Source: Styela clava (lineage: Eukaryota). Taken from it: a stretch of 64,000 bases of DNA. Under the pieces are notes generated by a model. It had not been told where the DNA came from. It was given only the letters and a program-made list of their open reading frames with translations, and made no database searches. How positions within the stretch are numbered: position 1 is the stretch's first letter; each line of letters begins with the position of its first letter. Shown in pieces: positions 26,098 through 38,849 of this stretch. The stretch spans positions 10,912,001 to 10,976,000 of the forward strand of contig NC_135250.1 of the NCBI RefSeq assembly GCF_964204865.1. Direction: 5' to 3'. The translations under genes were made by a program, and so were the position numbers.

Positions 26098-29000
26098 AGG
26101 AGATGATGAATGTTGCGTGTATTTTTCTGACACGAAATACCAATAATTTGTATTTATATAATATGTAGTGTAAACAAGTACTTTGAACAAGTATTACCCA
26201 TTGAATTTAAACAGTTTTCAAACAGCAGTTTTTCTGTTATTTTTATTCAGAACTGTCATTATATATTGTTCACTAACATTATATAATTTCACTGTTAAAA
26301 CATTTTTGTGTTGTTACATAAAACAGTGAATCCCAGTTTTGTCAGATAATAAACGAACTTATAATATAAACGATTCCTTGAAGTTGAAGTAATATTAGAA
26401 TCATCTGTCTATGTGTTCATTTGCAAAGTAATTGTAGTTTGATTCATTCAACAACAAAGAAAAATATTATTTTGCGCTATGCGCTATATATACGAGTATA
26501 GTATAAAGATAAAATAATAAATTGAAAAAAAAATATAGTTAGCATAATATGTTTCTAAACAATGATTACTCTCAACAGCATTAAACAATATTGACGTGAT
26601 AGAACAGTAATTTGGTTGAAATCCGTTTCAGAAATTGCCAAAGGCGATTTAATGAGTAATCTTCAAATAGGCGATAATTTTTATTCGAGTGATGACGTAT
26701 AGTATAGATTCAAAAATAGTGAAACAAAGTTGGGACTTTAACATTAGTAATTTTGGAGTAAAGTATTTTTGCAATTATATCGTCCTCACAACAGATATGT
26801 GCTTTACATAATTATTACTTTCAATTTATGAAATAAAACAATTTTAAAAATAAAATTTATGTGATACATATTTTAGAAATATAACAGATATAACGAATAT
26901 TACCGGTTATTAGCCGAAGTTGAACCGCCTTTAGCAATGTCGATATTCAACACTGCGACGACGTAGCAATGATTGTTGTCACGACCTAGCAATGAATGCT
27001 AATTATCACGACATTCCGAGAGCGGGTTCTTGCGAACCCTCTAAATCTACCACTGTTCTGGAGTCGTAATAAGTAACGGCATATAGCAACTTTTTTATAT
27101 ATATAGTTCATTGGCTAAACTAAAATCAAAATGACAAGCTTATACAGATATCCAAGTTTTGAATTGTTTTGGTAAAATTCAAATATATGTTGCATAGTTT
27201 AGTGACAGTTGAAGACACTTGGAAAAAGATTTCACTCGTATTCACGAGACCCCAAATGCGAACGCTGTGGGTCCGGTAACCATTGCATCCTCCACTCAAA
27301 GTGACAAGATAATCTTTTTCGCGAACTCTCGCAATTCCCATGTCTTCTTATTCAAACTATGACTCTATTACAGTATTTCTATTTTTATTGCATGTGTGAC
27401 ACTTGAGAAAAATAATTAGACTATATCATAAATACCGTCCCCGCATGTCAATCGGACACGAATGAATTTTGCATTGTTTTAATATCCCATGACAATAATA
27501 CTACGCATATGATACCAGGAAGCAATGACAAAGCCCATATTATTATAGAGATACTAACGGATGTATTACGTAGAATTTATATTTACCGTTTATACGAATT
27601 TTTGAATTTCTGATTTTTTTCGAATTAAATGCGATAGCAATCTTCGTAAATAATGTATGTAGCCTTCCAATAGGTGGTGTCTTTTTGTGAGAATACTTAC
27701 AATTTCGCCACGAACAACCGGAAAAGATTTCCTGCTCATTCAGAAGGGCTTTTCTATCACCAATTGCGAGTTAAACTCCAACTTGACCAATGAAACAAGA
27801 ACGGCTAAAACTTCTCTACGCAACATCTGCATAGGGTGCGAGGTAGATCACCTTAAGACAGACAACGGGGTCTGACATATCCACCGTAAAAACAAATAAG
27901 ATCTTTGTTCTGAATGCGTATTATAATGCCCAGCTAAAACGACGATAAAATCAAAGATGAGAAACAACGGGATAGAACGACAAACATTTTAATTTCATGT
28001 TAGATTAAAGCTTGAGGAGTCGTAAAGAATCTTGCATTCGAGATGTGTAACTTGACGCAGCTGAAAGCAGAGTACAGGCCTAAAATTTGAACCCAAAAGC
28101 CATACGTGTCAAGCGTGACGACTCAAGATATCGGCCGATCCCAATCAGCGAGCAACACAAGCTGGAGTTGTATAGTTCGATGCATTATTCCTGCCCTCGA
28201 TGGGTACTCATGATACAAAATCTATGGTGGTTCGCTCTGCAAGTTAAAAACGGTTGTAATTCTGTGGGTCCAAGAATAGTTTTGACAAATATTATCATAC
28301 AAATATACATTCATATTTCATCATATTCATCCTCCAGAATTTAAATTTGAACACATCTTTATGAATACTTTTCAGGTCATAAATTTACAGGTCATTTACC
28401 GTCTCATTATTACACTAAAATTTCATATCGTACAAAACACGCATTTGAATTTTGCAAAATGGTTCGGTAGTATTTTGCAGTGCAGGTGTAATGAATGCCA
28501 CTAAAATGCTATACAATCCACTATCAAGAATATAACATAAATTAAATAAACTTCATTATTGATATTTAAATATGTAATATTCTATAAAAAACATTAATGT
28601 AACAGATTCATAGCGTGTGTCACGAGGCACGGAGTTTCACTTTTGCATGTATGTTATTTTTAATGCATTTGATGTTAATATAACCCTCCTATTCGTCTAT
28701 TTTCAGTAGAATGTTTGGTAAACAGGTTAGAAAAAGAATAGTGGGCATACAACATAGAATGTCATATGAAACATTGCTTTATATAAAATCATGTGCGTGT
28801 TAAAAAGTGTCTATTTTCAGTAGAGAAGTGTATTGGGTATCTATCTGGCGTAAATCAGAAGAAGTGTGTATGGCCTTTTTGCTAAAACTTATACTATTCG
28901 CGTAGATTTTAACAATAAAAGACAAAGATGAATACTTGTAAATCTCGTTTTTATGATTATCCAAATATGATAATAGATATTTTTCAACACCACTTGAATC

Positions 29001-29170
29001 TAGTACATTTATATTACCTTGTTCAATTAAAATGTTCCGTTCATCGTGCTGAATAAAATATTAGATTAGTGTATAAAATGATTGCATTATAGTGTAAAGA
29101 CAGCCGAAGAATAAATATTTTAGATGAACTGAAGAAAGAGTAAGAAGCATTTCTTCTGAAAAAATCGGAA

Positions 29171-32100
29171 ATGAATCAAATTTATGAGCTCGAAGGAAAC
29201 GAGACATATGAAACTGCAATTCGATATGAGAATCAACCAGGTCAGATTGTGAGAAGATTTTTTTTTATTAATATTGATGAGTATTACGTATACGTTGAAT
29301 TTTATCATTTTTTAGATCCACGGTCATTTTCTATCCAGACGAATAGGTTGAAAGATATTATCATTACTCAGGAGGTTAAAACAAAAAAGAAGGATAAAAC
29401 GAGCATTCATCATGTTGCTGTTGGTGTGGGATTTGTAATATTAATAGGATTGCTTGTTGCTATTATTGTACAAATGAACCTTCATATGCAGGTATTGTAC
29501 ATTGTTTTTGTACTTTCATGAAATATTTTTCATGAAAAATTATAGCTGAAGAAATTAAGGATCTGAAACAAATGAAATTTCATAAACAGATGAATAATAT
29601 GAATATATAAGAGAGTTTAAGAGTTTTAGTTAGACAAAATCTATAGACATATTCATTTTCAGAAAATAGAATAGACCTTATAATCATTCAAAACCCATCC
29701 ATCCTACGCGCAAAAATAAAAGTGGCATAAACCTAACAATTTTAACATTAGCTCTTATGGGGAATGTGATCACCAGGGCAGAAATTTGCATTTTTTATAA
29801 TTTTCTGGTTACCTTTCGTTGTAAACGTGGGCAGTTTTATATATAGAGTGATTTTAGATATTCTTCGAAATATTTATGACGATAAACATGGTCAAGTTTT
29901 TTGATAATCGTGCATTAAAATTGTAATAGACGTGGTTTTTACGCTGGCGTCTCCCTTCCTAGACCATGACATTCTGCCAACCTGTGAAATATTGGGCTAA
30001 CTGTGGCGCTAATGTCTCCTTCGGTACTGGAAGCGTTTAACATTGACGTTCTATAATCTAGATTCTATACCCGTTCACTTGCATTTGTTTACTGGTTTTA
30101 CGCATTTATTTCTGCTAGTAACCATTTACTTGAAGGCATGCTGACGTGTTATTTAAATTGCCGGTACCAATGGGATGAAAACTAAGTTCTACCTGGTATG
30201 TTAGCCAATAGGTATCTCAGGGTAAGTTGTATACAAACGAATATAAATATTCCCAGCCCATTACTCTATTACATTAATTCAGTAACGGTACAGCACCGGT
30301 ATCGTAATGTGATTCCTCAAATGATGAGTAGCGCGACAACTCTTAATTGAAACAGTATCCTAACTAGGTTAAAAAACATGTCAGCATGCCTTCAGAGAAA
30401 GGTCGCTTGCTGTATCGGTAGGATATGCGCAAAGCTAGTAAGGAAAAGTAAATTTGACTGAATACGTGAATGACTACCATTCCAGATAAACTTCACTAAC
30501 TAAAATTAGTATTTCATTAAACGCCAAGCACGGTATGTTTTGGTTCCGGTATTCTGTGATCACTTAATATGAAGCACGAGCAGTTGGAGCGCATATTTCA
30601 CAGACCACAACGTGTTGGCAGAATTTTTTGGTATAGTGAGAGAGACGCCAGCGGAAACACCACGCCCATTAAATTACCAATGAACGATTATCAAAAATTT
30701 CGACCATATTTATCATGATAAGAATATCAAAAAATCTTCCATCCTCAAAACTGCACACGTCTACAATGTTAAAAGAGCTAATGTTAAAATCGTTTTGTTT
30801 ATGCCACTTTTATTTTTCGCGCTTAGGATGGGTTTTGAATAAATACCGTCTATTAAATGCTATTATTGTAAAGGAATTCATTCACTTTCCTCTTTTTACC
30901 AAATCGACATCGATGATTTTTTTCCATCATTGAATTTGAATGTGGTGTCAAACCTACTGCCTCTTTTTTGATTGAAAGCTCAACAATGCACTCTGTGATT
31001 GCGAGATCCAGAACCAATATTTTGCATAATTCTCTCTTGCAAAATTGTAATGAAATCTCCCCAAGTCAAAACATTTTATACCCTTATCTTATGAATAAAT
31101 AATACACTACATATACTAAATTCACTGTAGTCGAAAATTTCTGCAACAACTGCAACAACAGCTTACGTGAGTTTTCCAAGATCTTGCCTCGAGTTGAGAA
31201 ACCAGGGAATAAAATCTGATGGAATTTATAAAATTAAACCAAGCGGACTCCGATCAGAAATACAGGTTGATATTATTATTCATGATGTATTTGAATATTC
31301 CAATTAAATTTGTTCTAAAAGTTCTAATTTTATCTTCAAGGCATTTTGCGATATGTCAACTGACGGTGGAGGATGGACTTTAGTTGCAAGTGTTCACGAG
31401 GATAATATTGAAACAAAATGTGGATCTGATGATTTCTGGTCAAGCTATGTTCCTGAAAATCAACAAGACCACGCAGGTGTAAGCAACTGGGAAAATGAAA
31501 ACGTTTATGGAGACATTAATAAATGTACAACCAGTGATTATAAAAACGTTGCCTATTTTTCGTTAAACGTAAGCCTGTTTTTATATTTTCATAATTACGA
31601 AAAAAAGAAAAGAAACAATCACCATAATTCTATTACACAGTTAATGAGTGAAGCGACTTTTTTTCTGTATTTATTTTTTGTCAACCAATGTATCATATAC
31701 ATCTATGTTCAATATTATCAGTCTTCAGACGTTATGACATGGCACACTCTAGCAGGTTCTCCAGTTTTGTATATGAAAGAAAATTCTACATCACGATACA
31801 GAACAAATAATAACTTCATGGAAAAATACGGTGGGAATCTCAAGATGTTGTTTGACAACCACTATCCATTGAAAATAACTAGTGGTGAGTAAAAAAATTT
31901 ATTGAATCACAAATGCTTTCCATCTTTCATGGTTCCAGAGACATTTTTCATACAACATAAAATGGTTCTGTATACAATTTGACATTACATTGTAGTTTTA
32001 CTGCTTTACTACTATAGAAAAAAGAACGGAAAAATTATTGAACGCTCTGGTGAATAAAGCAAATGAAATGAAAGCAAAAATTTCCAATTGGTATGAATAC

Positions 32101-35100
32101 TCAACCTTATACAAACATGATGAAATAGTGAGTTCAAAGCTGTATGGCCACTATGGAAATCGGGTAATATTTCAATTTCACAGATGTAATACTTATAAAC
32201 ACAGAAGACGCTTATTCTTCTTTCTCATTTTTCAAAATCCAAGTGTCGTTTTCAAAATACAGTAGGAACCAGCCCACGTTTTTGAAAAGTAATGATTATT
32301 ATCTTATTTGAAAAGTAATGATTACTATCTTATGTGAAAAATCATGATTACGGCCAAGTAAGTGTGGTTTGTAAAAGTTTCATCTATACAATCTATCCAC
32401 AAAAACTGTTCGGAAAGCCTTTATCTAATATTTCAATCAATCAGTCAACTATCTAAGATCTAAGTAAACTAATTCTTTACTCAATTTTATTTGCTATTTT
32501 TGTCTGTGTATTAATGGAGATTTCCTATTTAAAAACCTCTACACAGGTTATATTCCCGGTTCACAAGTTGTCAGTAAAAGTTCAAATTCAGTAGACTGAC
32601 AAACAATGTGGAAAGCATTTATGCGTCTTAAATATTGCGACGATTCTCCAAAATATTTAGATGCTGTATTACACGTTACAATACCTTGCTTGACAGAAAT
32701 ACGACATACAACTTTTGGGAAAACCGTCTACTAAAAACTACAAGATCACGAAGAAGTTATTGGACACGTAGTGGACAAAGCGATCGTTTTGTTGTTATGT
32801 TGTTCCTAGTCTTGTTCTTGTTGTTCTTTGACACGTATTGAAGAAATCGCTTTTCCCTTTGATTACTGGACCAATTTTCAGTTGTTAAACATAAAATTTT
32901 TCTCCAAAAGACTATTACTTTTTTTTCGTTATGATGTCATCAAAATTATGTGGCTTTACGTGTCCATATATTTGAGCATAGCTCTCTTGTATATATACAC
33001 TCACCAATCCGTGAATCTCCAGATTAGATTTCAATCAATAAATAAACTAATTTTCACACAATTTCTTTGCATTGCAATATTGTGCTCCAAAACAATCATA
33101 AACGTCGTTTTCGCTTTCCACAAAAGTTTTAAAGTTTCATGATTGCACAAATTGTGCGAACTTTTCTATACTATTACAAATAAATTTCCCTGTTTAAAGG
33201 ACAAATTGCACGCAGTGGAATTTGTACTAATCATGTTTAAAGAATTAATGGCACAATTCGATATAAATATATATTAATTCATTACGTTCAGATTACATTC
33301 GGAAGTAGTTATCAGGAATATTACGGCATTCCTTATCAGCAGAAAGTTCGGCAAGTATCAAGAATATAAATTATTTTTTCGTTCAGTTTATGTTTTTATC
33401 ATACATCATCTGAAATTCTTTGTTTTTATTATTTCAGATTCGTCCGCTCAAACACCTATTTAAACACAAGCAAGACTCAGCCTTTTATCATGGTGTCTGT
33501 GATATCAAACGAAGACAGGAAGAGCTCATACTACTTCACAAGAGTACTTCAAATTTAATATTTCTCGCGCTGATCTGCACTACCATGCTCAATAGTCATT
33601 ACCGTGTATGTGTGTTCTGTTAACAGGCGTACTCAAGTCAAGATAAAGTGACAGTAAAGAGTCAGCTGAAAAACACAATTTCGAGAGGAAATTTTGAAAT
33701 ACAATACAGCGCAGCGCAATTTGTACATCCTTCCGAGGCCACAGTTTGCGAATATCACTTCATTGTGTCTAATATCAGAGTAAGGAAGCAATTTTGATGA
33801 TCACAATCAATTATTTGCTCAATCAGCTAGATCTAGAGTTTATTTAGACAAAAAATATACAAAATCATTAGAATGTATGTTGTTTCTTACCTTTTTGACG
33901 AAAAAGTACTCGATTTAGTATTGTGATGTTGTGTTTTTGTTAATTAACAGGACTGGAAATCGTACAAACCGACATCTATAATCGATAATCATAATATGTA
34001 TCTATCTTCACGATCTATAAAATGTAATGCTGAGGGAAGCCCATCAAACATTGTAATGGGTTATCTAATGCTTACCAGGTAAGTATTGACATAGACACTT
34101 ATATATATATAAGTTATCATGAAATACTATATATAAACATCTGCAACGACCCGTTGTGCTATTCTGTACAAGGAATAATTCATATGCATGACAAGTAAAG
34201 TCATGAACAAGTTTAGGGTCTAAAATTTCCAACATGAAAAAATTGCATGTTCGTATTATAATAAAAAAATTTATTTGCCATTCCTTTTTTATATGGCACT
34301 TTGAGATGGCTGAATCGTACGTTACTTGGACTTCTTTGATTTTTGTATGAAAAATTCATTGTTTGATTAACACAAGTTGATTGAGTGTATTGATTCTTAA
34401 ACATACTGGTTTCGGATAATTTTTAATCGGTCCTCTCCACTGATGATAAATCCAAACTAAAAATGGTCCTCAACATTACTATGTTTAAAGTTCAAGGTTT
34501 TAATCACTGTAATCAGAATAAATTACTAATTTCTATCACATTCAAACAAACTGAAAACTGGATACATTAATATCTTTCTTAGTCCTTAGTAAGTGCAGGC
34601 ATATTTTTTGCATTTGTCCTAATTATTTATATTTTACATGTAGAAAAAATGGATTTAACTTTACAGTTGATCAACTAGATCATGTGACAGATGTAGTTTT
34701 GACGGCGGTTGAATCCGTGAAAGACTTATTCAAAGGTAAGCACGTATTATAAGTAAAATAATATTATTCCATATACATGTTGTGATCCATCCAAGACATA
34801 TTTTATACTCTGTCACATGCGGCTTTCCGTTTAGTACGCCTCCACACTAAATTCTAAAATTGAGTAGATCATAAAATTGACGATTCATGAGAAAAAAATC
34901 AAAAATTTGATGCGTCTTTATGAATTCCTCAATTTTTCATCAAGTAACTCTGATTATGTGACCATCATTATCTTTGCACCCATGTGCATATGCAACCAGT
35001 ACATATAATTTTGCACACACGGACATTTAATCCCAGCGAACGTTACAATTCTTGAACACCAAGAAGGTGCTACCTGGCCCGCCAAAATCTCCGCGCTGGG

Positions 35101-38100
35101 TAACTACCATCCATCGCCAGTTAAGCACTGGTACAAAGTTTCGCGTTACTGCAGAGTGATCCGGATCAACATTGATATATACTTACACTCGGTCATAACA
35201 TTCCCCAATCGCTATTTAACAAAAAATATTTCCCTCACAAAGTTGAACTCTATATGTTCCAAACAATTTAAAAGTTACAGGAAGTATAGCTATTCTGTTT
35301 TTTAAATTATCGGAGTCAGTGGGGCTTATGAATGTCTGACTCATTCAAAATTTTGATTGCGGTACCGGTACCTGACTTAATCCTAATTGTTTCCGGCTAC
35401 CGAATGCAGAAAACGGAAATTTGAAAAACTTTACCCTCGACTAGACTAATTGATTTTAGTTGGAGATTTCGACTTTAAACTACTATAAACTAGACTTGAA
35501 CAATAGACCTTATTCATATTTATTATTATGATAAACATGGTCAAGATTTTTAATAATCGTTCATTGAAATTTTAATGAGCGCGGCGTTTCCGATGACGTC
35601 ATTCTCACTAGACCATGAGATTCTGCCAACGCGCCGTGCTCTGTGGAATATGCGCCCCAACTGCTTGTGATAACAGAATACCGGTACCGGGACCACAACT
35701 GGCGTTCAACGAAAGACCTATTTTGGTTTTTATTGGATGTTATATATTTCATGAATTCCATGTAACTATGTACATTTCTGGTACACATTTCAAAATCCAA
35801 TGGCCTAACTCAGTTCATATGTTGACACCATGTACCTATCTCAAAATTGGTGATGTTCAGGGCTGGATTTAGACCATGAGAGGCCCCTTCATATTTTTGA
35901 GCTCATAATTTCTCTCTAAACAACATCACATTTAATTGCTTAAAATTTGAAAATATGAAAGAATTTAACTTTTCATTCTCCCCATTCATGGGTGTGAATT
36001 TTTAATTAAAAGAATAAAAGTTTACTTGAGGCAGTTTTGCTTTCAATTTCTTTGATCAAACAACCGCTACAGCCATAACATAGAAACTTCCAGCAGAATG
36101 CACATATTAATAATTTCCCCTATTATGATGCAAACGACGCAATAACGCTGTTTACAATGTGGTTGAAACCAGTTGTGTACAGAATTTTCTACTCTGAAAA
36201 GCTTGATATATATATATATATACTTTTCGTAGGGTTTGAACTTGTCAAGTTTTCAAAAGAATTACAATTTTCGAAACCGAATTTCGAGGCTCTAGGTTTC
36301 AGCCTGCCTAGCCTATTAGTAAATCCAGCCCTGGTGATGGTCCCTACAGCAAATTGCTTGCCCCAATCACTCACTCACTCAATATAAATTAACTGTCGTA
36401 CTTGCTAAGTGTCCACTAAGTGAAAATCTAGTGTACAAAAAAAAAAGCAGTGGTTTAATAATGGACTACATTTTTAACCGAATCCAAAAATATTCCGTAA
36501 CTCAGTCAACCCTTCCTCCAAGGAGTTTTTGTTAAATTGTTCAAACATCTTAATTAACTGTTAATCTTGATATCGAACATGGGGGGCAGGGGGTGAGCTG
36601 ACTGTGATGGTCGTATCGCTTCCCAGTCTATACCGAATAACTGTGTGTTTTGTAGTCTATATAATTTTTATTGATTCAATGGTTGTATTCTGGTTGACAA
36701 AATAACTCTGCCTCTCGTATTCAGTCATAATAGGTTGGAGATATTCATCTTTTTTGTATACCGGTACCGTACAACTTATCCTGCCTATTGGCATGATGGC
36801 CAACATTTTTGTTCGTAGGCCTATTTCAGTATTTACTAAATAATTTAGTTTTCACCTCTTGCAGCCTTGGTACGGTACCGGTAGTTTAAATAACACGTCA
36901 GCATGCCTTCAGTAAATGATTGCTAGCTGTACAGGTATAAATGCGTAAAACCAGTAAACAAACGTGATAGAAACGGTATGGGTTATAGATTGTCAATGTT
37001 AAACGCTCCCAGTATCGGTACCGTACCCAAAGCGACATTAGCGCCGCATTTGCAGCGCATATCCCACAGAGCACGGCGCGTTGGCAGAATCTCATGGTCT
37101 AGTACGAATGACGTCATCGGAAACACCGCGCTCATTAAAATTTTAATGAACGATTATTAAAAATCTTGACCATGTTTATCATGATAAAAATATCAAAAAA
37201 AATGTAAAAAATATTCTGTCCTCAAAACTGCTCACGTATACTATGAAAGATATCTAGAAAGTTACAAAAAATGCAAATTTCTGCTCTGGTGATCACATTC
37301 CCCATGAGAGCTAATGTTAAAAAAAAATTTTTTACATCCCTTTCTTTTTTGCGCGTAGAATGGGTTTTTAATGAATAAGGTCTATTCAAAAAGTTGAATC
37401 CCAATTACGGAAGTTTGAAAATACTACTCCGACACCCGAGCACCAACCCGTAGCCTACAGTAAAACGCAATTACTTCCACAGATGTACACAGGATGATAA
37501 ATGGCTAACTTGTATTATTTAAGTAGTTGTTTATAAAATTTATTGCCTTCTTCCTAGTTTCGATATTTTCTAATTTTCAATAATTGGCAGAATTCCCAGG
37601 AAACGATGCTTCAATATCACCAGTTACATTTGACAAAGGAAGCACTGACTTGATTTTTAACATGACTCCACCTAGTATGCGTCCATATGTCGAACCTGGA
37701 TATCTGCAGTTGAGAGCATACAATTTGTCAGGATACCCGAATGCAATCTGCCCAGGAATCAAGTAAGATTTCAAGAACACTGTGTTTGTTATTATCCTCC
37801 TGTTTTATTTGGTAAGAACAACAGACAGGTTGTCGTACAGTTCATGATTTGCGTGTCCGGAAAATTCGGCGCAGGAAATTTCGCTACAGGGGATCTCGCC
37901 GCAAGAAATTTCGCCGCATAGGAAAAATCGCCACAAGAGCATTTCGCTGTAAAACAAGTATTTGTGATAAAAACAGTTAGATTTGTAGGGTTAGGGTATG
38001 CTCTTAAATAACGAATATTTTTAAAATTAGGCGATTTTTCCTATGCGGCGAGATTTTATACGGCGAAATTTCCCGCGGCGAATTTTCGTTGAACCCATAT

Positions 38101-38849
38101 TTTGTATCCTACTATAAGATGTTTTTTTAATAACTTTTAACTTAATGCATCACTTTATTTTGTTTTATATTATAGAAAACGTTGCAAAATTATGCACTGT
38201 TTTTGCTATAGCGAGTAATTTTCTAAATACAAGACATCGTTTTAGTTAGATAAAGTAGATTTTTAAAGTTAATGTGAGTAATTACAAGATGTAAATGAAA
38301 CCTAGTTTTAACTATATTTTTTGAATGTTCGTGATATGTCTAGAGTGACATCTGTTTCACCGGAACACGTTTGCATTGGAGGAATTTCTGCAGATGTCAG
38401 AGAACGTGGAACTTGTGGAGATTTTGCTGGTGGGAAATCATCCGAATTTTTTTTAAACGTATAATCTGTGTGTCTGAATAAATCAACGTCAAGCCCATAC
38501 TAGGTTACCGACTCATTAAATATTATATAGATTTACTGATGAAGCAGACCTAAATAGTTTTTCACCCCGAATAGAAACTACTACCTGGGTAATAGAGTAA
38601 ACTTTTCTATACCTCTTCTATTAAAAGAGGGTCAGGTCAGTAGTTTTAAGTGAAGCAATTTCAATGTAAAAATGCACAGCGATCAAACTTTATGCGACAT
38701 GATTCAAATATAATTCGTTTAATAGCAGTATTTATAATTTTATAGGTTGGTCTGGAAAATCTGATGACAATATTTTACATTCTCGACCAAATGGATATGC
38801 TCATTCAAAGAAGGATATTTCTTCCGTCATTCTCATATTTTATCGCTGA
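29171..38849 (+). CDS. ITLN: Type II transmembrane intelectin-like protein 1 (13 exons, ~554 aa)
   Basis: Exons 29171-29240, 29316-29491, 31131-31265, 31341-31568, 31722-31884, 32018-32163, 33292-33350, 33438-33543, 33951-34078, 34644-34735, 37591-37762, 38344-38429, 38746-38849. Intelectin motifs PRSC, FCDMSTDGGGWTLVASVHE, DYKN, RYRT, GYLQLR..NAICPG, EHVCIGG, CGDF, terminal ILIFYR*. Boundaries of exons 7-9 are less certain. Confidence 0.88.
29672..30852. mobile_element. Long-TIR (foldback-like) non-autonomous DNA element, copy 1 (ITLN-like 1 intron 2)
   Basis: Imperfect inverted arms of several hundred bp: TAGACC..TTCAAAACCCATCC..ATAAAAGTGGCATAAAC vs GTTTATGCCACTTTTAT..GGATGGGTTTTGAA..GTCTA. 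Homologous to 35504-37384 in opposite orientation. Superfamily unresolved. Confidence 0.8.
32281..32350. repeat. 26-bp minisatellite, ~2.7 copies
   Basis: TTTGAAAAGTAATGATTA(T/C)TATCTTA repeated. Confidence 0.75.
35504..37384. mobile_element. Long-TIR (foldback-like) non-autonomous DNA element, copy 2 (ITLN-like 1 intron 10)
   Basis: Termini TAGACCTTATTCAT / ATGAATAAGGTCTA; ~130-bp near-perfect inverted arms, so ORFs 35615+ and 37095- both begin MRFCQRAVLCGICA. Confidence 0.85.
35858..36333. mobile_element. hAT MITE nested in the foldback element
   Basis: TIR CAGGGCTGGATTTA/TAAATCCAGCCCTG; 8-bp TSD GTGATGTT/GTGATGGT (7/8). Confidence 0.88.
37858..38092. repeat. Palindromic element built of ~15-bp AAATTTCGCCGC units
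   Basis: Tandem GAAATTTCGCCGCA units on the left mirrored by GCGGCGAAATTT units on the right; GGGTTAGGG in the spacer. Confidence 0.75.

Noticed and set aside
27126-27341. YLVTLSGGC..VRIWGL, reminiscent of a WD40 repeat
   Set aside because: Single isolated fragment with upstream stops and no additional repeats or consistent exons.
35615-37095. Two ORFs both starting MRFCQRAVLCGICA on opposite strands
   Set aside because: Artefact of the inverted arms of the foldback element.
37858-38092. Short regularly spaced repeats resembling a CRISPR array
   Set aside because: Eukaryotic intron, no unique spacers, mirror-symmetric arrangement, no cas genes.
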